Positions 17,941-25,970 of a stretch of 29,596 nt of DNA are shown here, piece by piece. The stretch's first letter is position 1, and the number at the start of each line of letters is the position of its first letter. The translations under genes were made by a program, and so were the position numbers. The notes below the pieces were generated by a model that made no database searches, was not told where the DNA came from, and was given only the letters and a program-made list of their open reading frames with translations. The DNA is from a virus (lineage: Duplodnaviria; Caudoviricetes): positions 1 to 29,596 of IMG/VR virus record IMGVR_UViG_3300012352_000387. One strand, given 5' to 3'.

Positions 17941-17964
17941 CTCTCCGGCTCCGCGAACCACAAT
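17937..17964 (+). promoter_or_regulatory. Sigma70-like early promoter candidate
   Basis: TTGACT-N16-CACAAT, same geometry as the copy at 17682. Confidence 0.5.
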
Positions 17965-17979
17965 CCATTTCCTCAACCC

Positions 17980-18519
17980 ATGAATACCGAAATCAATACC
18001 GCCTCAAACCTCTCTCGCGTCTCCCTTAAGTCTTTCAAGACTGCAAAATGGATGAGCGAGGAAACCATCTGCTTTACCGCAACCGTCTATCTCGACGGAA
18101 AAGTGATCGGCGAAGCGAGCAACGAGGGACACGGCGGGGCGACCTTTATTCGCTTCGTCTCTCCGTTCGCAAAATCAACCGCCGATTATTTCGCAAGCGC
18201 CGTCAACCCGAACGATGTAAAGGGTTGGGAGTTTATGGCTGGGAAGTCTTTCGACTTCTCCGACATCGTGGACATTATCGTTGGACGCGAGGAGCAGAAG
18301 AAAGAAACCTCCCGTATTGTCTCGAAGATCCGTCGTGATGCGATCAAGAAGGCGCAGTATATCAAGACGACAACCCAGAAAGGCTTCGTTTCTGGATTCA
18401 AGGGAATTACTGACTTGAACCGATCCAATGCCGTTGCTCAAGCAAAGTCCCACCCCGAGTTTAAGACGATGGTTTCCGACATGACCGACGACGAGATCGC
18501 CGCTTGGTTCATCGTCTAA
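17980..18519 (+). CDS. Hypothetical phage protein (SEETxCF...NEGHGG)
   Basis: Starts in the repeated leader, 179 aa. Confidence 0.7.
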   Translation: MNTEINTASNLSRVSLKSFKTAKWMSEETICFTATVYLDGKVIGEASNEGHGGATFIRFVSPFAKSTADYFASAVNPNDVKGWEFMAGKSFDFSDIVDIIVGREEQKKETSRIVSKIRRDAIKKAQYIKTTTQKGFVSGFKGITDLNRSNAVAQAKSHPEFKTMVSDMTDDEIAAWFIV

Positions 18520-18529
18520 TCATACCGAC

Positions 18530-18664
18530 ATGAAAACAGCCGCAACCTTGTCCGCGTTGATCATCTTCGGATGGCTTGTCATCGTAACATTCTTCGGGCC
18601 GGAACTTGCTCGGGCGATCAACGCCCCCGAAGCCAAGAAGCCCGCAATCCGCCGCGCCCGCTAA
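18530..18664 (+). CDS. Small membrane protein
   Basis: MKTAATLSALIIFGWLVIVTFFGPELARAINAPEAKKPAIRRAR, fills the gap between neighbours. Confidence 0.55.
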   Translation: MKTAATLSALIIFGWLVIVTFFGPELARAINAPEAKKPAIRRAR

Positions 18665-18669
18665 CAACG

Positions 18670-18954
18670 ATGTCCTATCCTTGCTATTGTTGCGGGCGAC
18701 CCACGAAAGGAAAGACCGCCTATTATATCGTTACGCATGATGGCAACCGATTGATGAGCCATTCCGATTGGATCGCCATGTGCGCCGACATGGGCTTTGA
18801 ATCAACAGACCCCGAGACGGCGATCGGCCTATGCGGAGTCAAGTGGAGGCCGGAGGCTTATGGCTCGACTTGCTATCGTCGCGAGAAGTCTGCCGCCGCC
18901 GTAAAGGTCGAGATCATCAACCCGAATGGCGAACGATTCCTTTTCATCGGATAA
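18670..18954 (+). CDS. Hypothetical Cys-rich protein
   Basis: CYCCG...GSTC, possible Zn binding. Confidence 0.55.
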   Translation: MSYPCYCCGRPTKGKTAYYIVTHDGNRLMSHSDWIAMCADMGFESTDPETAIGLCGVKWRPEAYGSTCYRREKSAAAVKVEIINPNGERFLFIG

Positions 18955-18958
18955 AGCA

Positions 18959-19222
18959 ATGAGCCGCCCCGTCTGCAATTACGAGTTGTCGCCGTCCGTC
19001 TTCCGAACCATTGCGATTGTCGCATCGTGCCATGAGAATTACATCAATGTTCATGGTATGCGCCGGACCCAAGCCATGTCTGAACTAAAGGCATGGGCCG
19101 ACCGCCTCGCGTCCGTCGAACCGGAAGCCTCCGGGCTTTGGTTCAATGTCTCGACCCGTAAAATCTTCGGCCGTCAAGTCGTCGTCTGGGGCATCAACGG
19201 ATCGAGCCAGCAAACCGAATGA
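18959..19222 (+). CDS. Hypothetical protein
   Basis: Tiles between neighbours with an ATGA overlap. Confidence 0.5.
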   Translation: MSRPVCNYELSPSVFRTIAIVASCHENYINVHGMRRTQAMSELKAWADRLASVEPEASGLWFNVSTRKIFGRQVVVWGINGSSQQTE

Positions 19223-19521
19223 CCAACCCTTTCCCTACCATGACCCAAGCCAACAAAGAAACCAAGCCGACCAACCCGGCGAACATCAACGAACTCGACG
19301 GGATCAAGTTCTCGCGGCCCGTTACCAAGCGGCTCGCAAAGAACCTCGTCGAACTGAAACCCGCGATCGAGGAACTTAACTCGAAGCGTCTGTCGTTCGC
19401 CGATGCGTCCTCCATGCTCGGCGTTCATATCAATACGCTCATGAACCATTGCGACGACCTCGGCATCGCATGGGCCACGAAGAAAACCTATAAGCCCCGG
19501 CGCAAGCCGTCCGCGCAATGA
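19219..19521 (+). CDS. HTH-like DNA-binding protein
   Basis: LSFADASSMLGVHINTL helix-turn-helix pattern and basic tail. Confidence 0.55.
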   Translation: MTNPFPTMTQANKETKPTNPANINELDGIKFSRPVTKRLAKNLVELKPAIEELNSKRLSFADASSMLGVHINTLMNHCDDLGIAWATKKTYKPRRKPSAQ

Positions 19522-19691
19522 AGCCGCGCAACCCTTACGGCTCGATTAAGCAAGCCGTCTTTGAGGCTTGGGAACGCGGAGTCCCGGTCGTTCAAGTCGT
19601 CAAGGACTTGGGCAATGTCCACCGTTGCACCGTTTATAAGATCGCCCAACTTCACGGCCTAAAGATGAAGCCAGCGAGGGCGGCGAAATGA
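19518..19691 (+). CDS. Small HTH-like protein
   Basis: MKPRNPYG...GVPVVQVVKDLGNVHRCTVYKIA, 57 aa, ATGA overlaps at both ends. Confidence 0.55.
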   Translation: MKPRNPYGSIKQAVFEAWERGVPVVQVVKDLGNVHRCTVYKIAQLHGLKMKPARAAK

Positions 19692-19987
19692 GCCGCGAAG
19701 TCGTCGCCTTGGTCGAAGCCCAAATCGCTTCGGTCAACGAGTTCGTTATAAACGGGACGATGACCAGCGCGGAGGCCGCAATCAAGACGACGGCTTGCAA
19801 GGCGATTGTGAAGGACGCGACCCGGACGCTCCGGATGTCCGGCAATCGCTCGGTATTCATCGAGTTATTCGTCGGCTCCGGTGGGTTCATCGGGTTCCGT
19901 TATTACTACATCGGGACCGACGGCGTTGAATACTGCGGAAGCGTCACCCCTCGCGGCAAGTCCGACTCGATCGCTCATGACCTTTAA
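19688..19987 (+). CDS. Hypothetical protein
   Basis: Coupled ORF, 99 aa. Confidence 0.55.
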   Translation: MSREVVALVEAQIASVNEFVINGTMTSAEAAIKTTACKAIVKDATRTLRMSGNRSVFIELFVGSGGFIGFRYYYIGTDGVEYCGSVTPRGKSDSIAHDL

Positions 19988-20204
19988 ACCTTTTGTCGCC
20001 CGGGCCATGTGTTGCGACGCGCTCATCCTCTTGCTTCATGCCCGCCAATTTACGGCTTGTCCTTGCGGCAAGACTTCGGTCGATGCCGGGGACGGAGTTT
20101 ATTGGCGGATGAATGTCGAGGAGTCCGCCCCGTTGCCCGTCTTTTATTCTCACTCGGAACACGGCTCCCGAGTCATGACGCGGAAAGGCAAGGTCGAGGA
20201 ATGA
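19977..20204 (+). CDS. Small Cys-rich (Zn-ribbon-like) protein
   Basis: CC...FTACPCGKTSVDAG motif. Confidence 0.55.
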   Translation: MTFKPFVARAMCCDALILLLHARQFTACPCGKTSVDAGDGVYWRMNVEESAPLPVFYSHSEHGSRVMTRKGKVEE

Positions 20205-20644
20205 ACCTCGCGACCGTCGCGGCCCTCATGTCGGCTTGTTGCATCGCCTACGGAGCCGATAAGGACGAAGCCCGCCTCCTCCGGGCGATCGGGCAAGTCG
20301 AGTCCGGGTTCGACTTCCTCGCAATCGGCGACGGAGGCCGGAGTTTCGGCGCATACCAGATGCAAGCCGCCGCGATCGCCGAAGCAAACGCCCGCCTTGT
20401 CTCTCGCGGTCAACCCCGCGTCACGCTCGGGCAGTTCATGCGCGAACCGCAGACGCAGACCCGGCTCGCGTCGGCCTATCTATCCGTCCTCCGGCATCGG
20501 TTCGCCTTGGTCGGAATTACTACACCGACGAACATTCAACTTGCGACCGCTTGGAACATGGGGTTTGAGGGAGCGCGTCGCCGGGGGTTCTACCCTAACG
20601 ACTACGCTCGCCGCGTCGCCAATCTCCTCCCCTATTCCAGATGA
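20201..20644 (+). CDS. Lytic transglycosylase / lysozyme-fold protein with N-terminal signal-like segment
   Basis: AIGQVES (catalytic Glu), GAYQM, AWNMG and YARRV motifs. Confidence 0.82.
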   Translation: MNLATVAALMSACCIAYGADKDEARLLRAIGQVESGFDFLAIGDGGRSFGAYQMQAAAIAEANARLVSRGQPRVTLGQFMREPQTQTRLASAYLSVLRHRFALVGITTPTNIQLATAWNMGFEGARRRGFYPNDYARRVANLLPYSR

Positions 20645-21129
20645 CTAACCCCGCCGTTCCTCTTATGACTATCATCGCCATCGACCCCGGCGCGTCGGGC
20701 GGCATAGTCTGGGACGAGGACGGCAAGACGAACGCAATCAAGATGCCGCCGTCGGCCCTCGACATCGTTCTCTTTCTGCAACGGATCGCGGTCAAGACAC
20801 GCGGGCAAGTCGTCGAACTACATCTCGAGTCCCCTTCGACCGGAGGATGGGGAGCCGCCGGACTCTCCTCCGTCGCGAAGTTGTTCCGCAATGTGGGCGG
20901 GCTTGAATACGCCGGACTTATGGTAGGCTGGAAGGTCAATCTCGTTGATCCGAAGAAATGGCAACGCGCTCACGGCATGGCCCGCGACAAGGGCGAGACA
21001 AAGACGGCTTGGAAGAACCGACTCAAAGGCCGCGCCGAGTCCTTGTTCCCGGACGGGGTTCATGTGACGCTTGCGACCGCCGACGCTTTGCTTCTTTACA
21101 ACGCCGCAAAACGCGGCTTAACTTTTTGA
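20641..21129 (+). CDS. RuvC-like Holliday junction resolvase
   Basis: IAIDPGASGGI, LE, VDPKKWQ and ADALL motifs. Confidence 0.85.
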   Translation: MTNPAVPLMTIIAIDPGASGGIVWDEDGKTNAIKMPPSALDIVLFLQRIAVKTRGQVVELHLESPSTGGWGAAGLSSVAKLFRNVGGLEYAGLMVGWKVNLVDPKKWQRAHGMARDKGETKTAWKNRLKGRAESLFPDGVHVTLATADALLLYNAAKRGLTF

Positions 21130-21143
21130 GCAAACCCAAAACC

Positions 21144-21749
21144 ATGACTGACAAACCCAATATAAACGCGACTTCCGCCTTCGTCCAGATGATGTCGGAA
21201 CTTACTAACGCGACCCCGAACAAAGTAAACCCGGCCTTCAAGTCGCGATATGTTTCGCTCGACGAACTCCTCGACGGAGTGAAGCCCGTCTTGCATAAAC
21301 ACGGCTTCGCCCTCCGGCAAGTCCTCGTCTCCGAGGAGAACAAGGTCGGGGTCGAGACTCACTTCCTGCATGAAACCGGGGCGACCTTTCCGGGCGGTCG
21401 GCTCATGGTCAAGTCGGACACTTTGAACGCTCAACAGATCGGCTCGGCGTTGACCTACATCAAGCGGCAATCGGTCCAGACGGCTTGTTGCATCAGCACC
21501 GACGGAGACGACGACGGGGCCGCGTCCTCGCGTCAATCGCAGTCCGCCGTCCGCCTTGTCGCCAAGCCGACCGCGCCTTCCCTGTGGTTCGAGTTCGTCG
21601 CCGAAGCCGGACTGACCGACAAGGCGGTCGCCTATTGCGTCAAGAAAGGTTGGCTCAAGGACGGAGAAGGACTTAACCAAGTCGAGCCGTCGAAGGTCGC
21701 CGCGATCCTCGACAACCGGGAAGGTTTCCTCAAAGCCGTCGTCCGATGA
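21144..21749 (+). CDS. erf: ERF-family single-strand annealing protein
   Basis: NPAFKSRYVSLD, LHETG, QQIGSALTYIKR and DDDG motifs. Confidence 0.9.
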   Translation: MTDKPNINATSAFVQMMSELTNATPNKVNPAFKSRYVSLDELLDGVKPVLHKHGFALRQVLVSEENKVGVETHFLHETGATFPGGRLMVKSDTLNAQQIGSALTYIKRQSVQTACCISTDGDDDGAASSRQSQSAVRLVAKPTAPSLWFEFVAEAGLTDKAVAYCVKKGWLKDGEGLNQVEPSKVAAILDNREGFLKAVVR

Positions 21750-22021
21750 GCAAGTTTATTCCGGTCGAAGCGTCTAAATGGGCCGACATGGTTAAGGCCC
21801 AATCCGATGTCGAGCATCTGCGCCGCGACGCGGTTCACTCCGCCAACTTCATCGGCGGCTTGCAAGAGGAGAACGCCCGCCTCAAAGCCGAGGTCGAGCG
21901 GCTCCGCAAGGCCGGGGATGCGATGGCTTGTCACTTGGTTTGCTCTGACTTGCCTGACCAGATTTGCGGTAGCCTTAACAAAGCGTGGCTCGCCGCCAAG
22001 GAGGGCAAGCCGAGCGTATGA
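21746..22021 (+). CDS. Hypothetical coiled-coil protein
   Basis: EENARLKAEVERLRKAGD, ATGA overlaps. Confidence 0.6.
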   Translation: MSKFIPVEASKWADMVKAQSDVEHLRRDAVHSANFIGGLQEENARLKAEVERLRKAGDAMACHLVCSDLPDQICGSLNKAWLAAKEGKPSV

Positions 22022-22281
22022 GCAAGCCCGCCAAGCCCGGAGACTCCGGCCCTATCCTCCCTCTCGCTATCTTCAAACGCGCGAACCAAGTCCCACAACC
22101 TTGGGCGTTGTTCATCCTCCTCGACTCCTACCCCTATTGCGAGTTTGCCGAACGGACGAAGCGAGGTTTCGACGAGGAGTTGCAAGCATGGCGCAAGGTC
22201 ACGCTCCCGACCCTCAAGCGTTCCGCCGTCCGTTACTTCATCCGCGACGGCTCCGGCACGATCACCGAGACGAAGTTCTAA
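22018..22281 (+). CDS. Hypothetical protein
   Basis: ATGA-coupled start at 22018. Confidence 0.55.
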   Translation: MSKPAKPGDSGPILPLAIFKRANQVPQPWALFILLDSYPYCEFAERTKRGFDEELQAWRKVTLPTLKRSAVRYFIRDGSGTITETKF

Positions 22282-22306
22282 CCCTTAACCAAACCCGACC
22301 AACCCC

Positions 22307-22648
22307 ATGCCCAACCTCGAAGCAATCGCCCGCCAACTCGAAACGATCGACGAGCGGCTTAAGTCCCTTGAATACTATTGCGAAACCGAGATCGTCGGCG
22401 ACGACTGTCGGCATCTGCTTTGCGACATCAAGGGCGCGATGCGTCAACATCTCTGGACCGTCCCGGCGGAACTGAAACAACCCTCCGACCTCCGCCCGCT
22501 TTACGACCGCCTTAAGTCGATTCAATCCTCCCTCCGCGTCCTCCAGAATAATCTCAACCTCTCGTTCAAGGCGGTCGAGGAGTCCTTGGAATGTTGTCAT
22601 TTAATCGCGGAAGATGTTGACGACGGCGAGGAGGATGAAAGCCTTTGA
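22307..22648 (+). CDS. Hypothetical helical protein with acidic tail
   Basis: AC-rich leader, 113 aa. Confidence 0.6.
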   Translation: MPNLEAIARQLETIDERLKSLEYYCETEIVGDDCRHLLCDIKGAMRQHLWTVPAELKQPSDLRPLYDRLKSIQSSLRVLQNNLNLSFKAVEESLECCHLIAEDVDDGEEDESL

Positions 22649-22658
22649 GCCGAACCCT

Positions 22659-23480
22659 ATGAACACGACGATTATCAAGACGCGCGCCGAATACGACGCG
22701 ACCAAGGCCCTCAACAACTCGGGATTGAAAGTCCTTATCTCCGGCTCCCCGGCCCATTATAAGGCTTACCTCGAAACGCCCCGCGAGGAAACGAAAGCCC
22801 TCCGGGTAGGTTCCGCAGTTCACAAACTCGCCCTCGAAGGGCCGACCGCGTTCGACGAATCGTTCGCCGTATTCCCCGAACTCGACCGCCGGACCAAGGA
22901 AGGCAAGGCCGCGCACGAAGCCCTCGTCCTCGCGAACGCAGGAAAGACCATCCTAACGGCGGACGAAGGCGACCTCGTTCGCAATGTATCCGAAGCCGCC
23001 GTCCGTTGCATGGAACGGCACAAAATCAAACTGACCGCGACCGAGTATATGTTCGCGACCGACCTCGCGGGCATCCGTTTTAAGGCCGCGCTCGACGGCT
23101 TCTCCTCGGAGGACGGTTATATTTACGACCTCAAGACTACGGGCGGAGAGGAGGGCGGACCCCATGCGTTCCTCAAAAGCGTCCGCGCGTTCCGATATAA
23201 CCTCCAAGCCTATGCGTATCGCATGGCTTACGAGGCCGCCTTCGGCATCCGGATGCTCGGCTTCCGGTTCATCGTCGTCGAGAAGGAACCTCCGTTCGCG
23301 TCCGCCATTTACGAACTCGGTCCGGAACTCATGACGCAAGCCGCGTTCGACTTCGAGGCCGGACTGAAAACCTACAAGGCTTGCCTTGCGCTTGACGATT
23401 GGCCCTCCTACCCGGAAGAGATCAAGGTCATCGACATAAACTCGACCAAGACCGCCCCGACCCCTATCCAATTCGCCTAA
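22659..23480 (+). CDS. RecE/ExoVIII-like PD-(D/E)XK exonuclease
   Basis: SPAHY, GSAVH, RRTKEGK, KAALD, DLKTT, YNLQAYAY and FIVVEKEPP motifs. Alternative start at 22635. Confidence 0.88.
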   Translation: MNTTIIKTRAEYDATKALNNSGLKVLISGSPAHYKAYLETPREETKALRVGSAVHKLALEGPTAFDESFAVFPELDRRTKEGKAAHEALVLANAGKTILTADEGDLVRNVSEAAVRCMERHKIKLTATEYMFATDLAGIRFKAALDGFSSEDGYIYDLKTTGGEEGGPHAFLKSVRAFRYNLQAYAYRMAYEAAFGIRMLGFRFIVVEKEPPFASAIYELGPELMTQAAFDFEAGLKTYKACLALDDWPSYPEEIKVIDINSTKTAPTPIQFA

Positions 23481-23491
23481 CACAAAACAAC

Positions 23492-23950
23492 ATGAGCAAT
23501 CAGAATAACGACAAGCCCGAACTCTCTCCGATCAAGGAGAATGGAACCTATCGCCTCTCCCTCTCGAAACCCAAGTTCGAGAAGGTCAAGCAATGGGACG
23601 ACGGAACCGTCTCCGCCCGTCTCTTTTTCAAGACTTCCGAAGGCAAGTTCCTAACCCATCGTTACGGAACCAAATACGGTAAGTCTCTCGCGATGCTCGT
23701 CGGCAAGTTGTCCGGCAAGTTCACCGAGGAGATTCGGTCCGGCGCGACGGTCGCGGAGTTCATCGACTACATCGCCCCGGCTTGCGGCATTTATGCCGAC
23801 ATCGCCGTCGAGGTTTCCCAAGCCAAGGACCGCGACGGGAACCCGAAGTTCTACAACGGCGAGCCGGAATACGCTTACCGTCTGTCCTTCGCCAAGGGTA
23901 GCCAGAAGCCGACCGCCAAGCCCGCAAGCGGCGAAGCCATCGAGTTCTAA
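23492..23950 (+). CDS. Putative single-stranded DNA-binding protein
   Basis: Beta-rich, flexible tail ending EAIEF, adjacent to the exonuclease. Confidence 0.55.
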   Translation: MSNQNNDKPELSPIKENGTYRLSLSKPKFEKVKQWDDGTVSARLFFKTSEGKFLTHRYGTKYGKSLAMLVGKLSGKFTEEIRSGATVAEFIDYIAPACGIYADIAVEVSQAKDRDGNPKFYNGEPEYAYRLSFAKGSQKPTAKPASGEAIEF

Positions 23951-23953
23951 ACC

Positions 23954-24547
23954 GTGGCCCAAAAGACGCTCATCCTAATTACCGGGTATGCCCGGAGCGG
24001 GAAGGACACTCTCGCTTCCGGCATACTCGAAGCCATGCCCGAAGGTTCGTCGGCCCGACGCTTTGCGTTCGCCGATGTCCTCAAGGACGCTTGCGACAAC
24101 GCGCTTTGGTCCTTGGGCATTTGCTCGCGGGCCGAAGGACTCTCGTTCCATGAGGAGGAGTTCAAGAAAGCAAACCGCGACATCCTCGTTTCCGTCGGCA
24201 AACTCGCCCGGTCAATCGACCGCGACATCTTCGTTCGCAACCTATGCAACCGGATCACGCGGCCCGCGCTCGACCCGATGGGCGTTCCGTATGACGACGA
24301 GGCGACGCTTGTCGTCGTTCCGGATTGGCGGTATTTGAACGAACTCGAATACTGCAAGGCCGCGCTTGTCGGATGGAACATCATTACCGTTAGCGTTCAC
24401 ACGGAGGGAGTAGGTCCGGCGAACGAGGAGGAAGCAAGGTCGGTCAACGAACTTGAGACGACCGACTATTCTTATTTCTTCCTGCCGGATTGCTCGGGCA
24501 TCGTCCGCGAGGAAGGGATTCGATTGGCTCACTCGCTGACCTTTTGA
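23954..24547 (+). CDS. Deoxynucleoside monophosphate kinase (T4 gp1-like)
   Basis: P-loop GYARSGKDT, FAFADVLKD and PDWRYLNE motifs. Confidence 0.82.
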   Translation: MAQKTLILITGYARSGKDTLASGILEAMPEGSSARRFAFADVLKDACDNALWSLGICSRAEGLSFHEEEFKKANRDILVSVGKLARSIDRDIFVRNLCNRITRPALDPMGVPYDDEATLVVVPDWRYLNELEYCKAALVGWNIITVSVHTEGVGPANEEEARSVNELETTDYSYFFLPDCSGIVREEGIRLAHSLTF

Positions 24548-24548
24548 A

Positions 24549-24908
24549 ATGGTCAACTTCGGCTCATCGTTCGGGAGGCCGCTGACATTAAGGGAACGGG
24601 CCGAAGTCCTTGGCATCTCGTATGAGCGAGCGTTGTTCCTCGTTGCTTGCGCCCATGACGGGCGGACCCACAATAACAAGGGGTCGTTCGACCGCGAGGT
24701 TTCAATTCCTTACGATGTCGCCGTCCCGATCAAGGAAGCCGCCCGCCTCGGGATAAACATCAAGGACATCGCCGAAATGATGGACATGACGGAGGCCGAG
24801 GTCGCCGCCTATCCGTTCGACTTCCCGGAGGAGACGACCGCCGTCCGCCCGATGCGCGGAGGGTTTTATAATCTCCTCGCTCATGGAGACGACCCGCTTG
24901 AACAATAG
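24549..24908 (+). CDS. Hypothetical protein, possible HTH
   Basis: LRERAEVLGIS and GINIKDIAEMMDMTEAEV patterns. Confidence 0.55.
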   Translation: MVNFGSSFGRPLTLRERAEVLGISYERALFLVACAHDGRTHNNKGSFDREVSIPYDVAVPIKEAARLGINIKDIAEMMDMTEAEVAAYPFDFPEETTAVRPMRGGFYNLLAHGDDPLEQ

Positions 24909-24911
24909 GCG

Positions 24912-25673
24912 ATGAGCAAAATCACGAAGTTCGTTTTCGCCTCCGACAATCACGGCGAGTTGGGTTGCGAGAATAGTCTCTCGGCCCTTTACGAGTATTG
25001 CCGGGATTTCAAACCCGACATCCGCATTTATGGCGGCGACGGCTTTGACTGCGCCGCGATCCGCAAGGGCGCAATGGGCGAAATGGAAGGGGTCCGTTCG
25101 ATGAAGGACGATCTCGACGCGGGGCGGCATCATATCGCCCGGTTCCGACCTACCCATTCCGTCATCGGAAATCATGAGTATAGGCTTGAGAAGATGGCCC
25201 GTTCCAATTCGTCGTCCGTCGTCCGCGACTATTGCGCCGACCGATATAACGACATCAAGGCTTGGCTCCGCAAGGCCGGGTCGAAGGTCGTCCTCGACTA
25301 TCGACGAGACAAGGTTCTCCGCGTCGGCCCGATCACGGCTCATCATGGCAACGCTTCCGACCTTACTAAAATGGGAATGTTCTATTGCCTTGAGGGAGGC
25401 TTGTTCCTTTGCGGTCATGGTCATAGCGGGCATCAAGTCAACTTGCCTAAACTCGGTCGCGGCGCGGCTTACATGGCCCCCGCCCTCGCTAACCTCGAAC
25501 TCCTCGACTACTCCGAGAACACTCTTTCCGCCGCCCGTCACAATAACGGATGGGTCGCTGGCTGGTTCAATGACAAAGGCGAATGGAAGGCTTGGATAAT
25601 CCATCGCCTCGGGGACGGAAAATGGTATTGGCAAACGGAAATCAAAGTCTTTGACCCGAGCAAGAAACGATGA
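24912..25673 (+). CDS. Calcineurin-like metallophosphoesterase
   Basis: SDNHG, GGDGFD, GNHE, HHG and GHGH motifs. Confidence 0.88.
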   Translation: MSKITKFVFASDNHGELGCENSLSALYEYCRDFKPDIRIYGGDGFDCAAIRKGAMGEMEGVRSMKDDLDAGRHHIARFRPTHSVIGNHEYRLEKMARSNSSSVVRDYCADRYNDIKAWLRKAGSKVVLDYRRDKVLRVGPITAHHGNASDLTKMGMFYCLEGGLFLCGHGHSGHQVNLPKLGRGAAYMAPALANLELLDYSENTLSAARHNNGWVAGWFNDKGEWKAWIIHRLGDGKWYWQTEIKVFDPSKKR

Positions 25674-25924
25674 GCCGCGAAACCGACATCCTCCGGGCCG
25701 TCCTCGCCGAGATCAATGGTCGCGAGGTCAAGCCGCCAGCCGGGTTCCTGCGGATCAAGGAATGGCAATCCAAATGGAAGAAGTCCCGTCGCGTTACCCG
25801 GCAATGTATGAAGGTCGCCATTGAGAAAGGCTTGCTCGTTAAACAGAATTACCGAATCAATGTGCGCGGTTACATGAGTCTTGTTCCGTTCTACGGCCCG
25901 CCGCCCAAGAAAGAAAAGCGTTGA
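25670..25924 (+). CDS. Small basic protein (winged-helix-like)
   Basis: Lys/Arg-rich, ATGA-coupled to the phosphoesterase. Confidence 0.55.
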   Translation: MSRETDILRAVLAEINGREVKPPAGFLRIKEWQSKWKKSRRVTRQCMKVAIEKGLLVKQNYRINVRGYMSLVPFYGPPPKKEKR

Positions 25925-25970
25925 CCTTCGCCCCGCAAAGGGCTTTTCAATCTCTCCCCAACCAACCAAA

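Larger units (their letters stand above)
17453..17986 (+). repeat. Three exact 18-bp leader repeats TTCCTCAACCCATGAATA
   Basis: At 17453-17470, 17714-17731 and 17969-17986, each spanning a start codon. Confidence 0.9.

Noticed and set aside
17453-17986. Repeats considered as a CRISPR array or integron attC sites
   Set aside because: Spacing is about 255-260 nt with whole ORFs between, the repeats are non-palindromic and include start codons, and no cas or integrase gene is present.
24702-25634. 310-aa minus-strand ORF
   Set aside because: Antisense to the metallophosphoesterase, with no motifs or expression signals.
25921-25950. GCCC-CGCAAA-GGGC-TTTT as a terminator, or TTGACC as a promoter, before the MTase
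   Set aside because: Stem is only 4 bp and there is no well-spaced -10 box.
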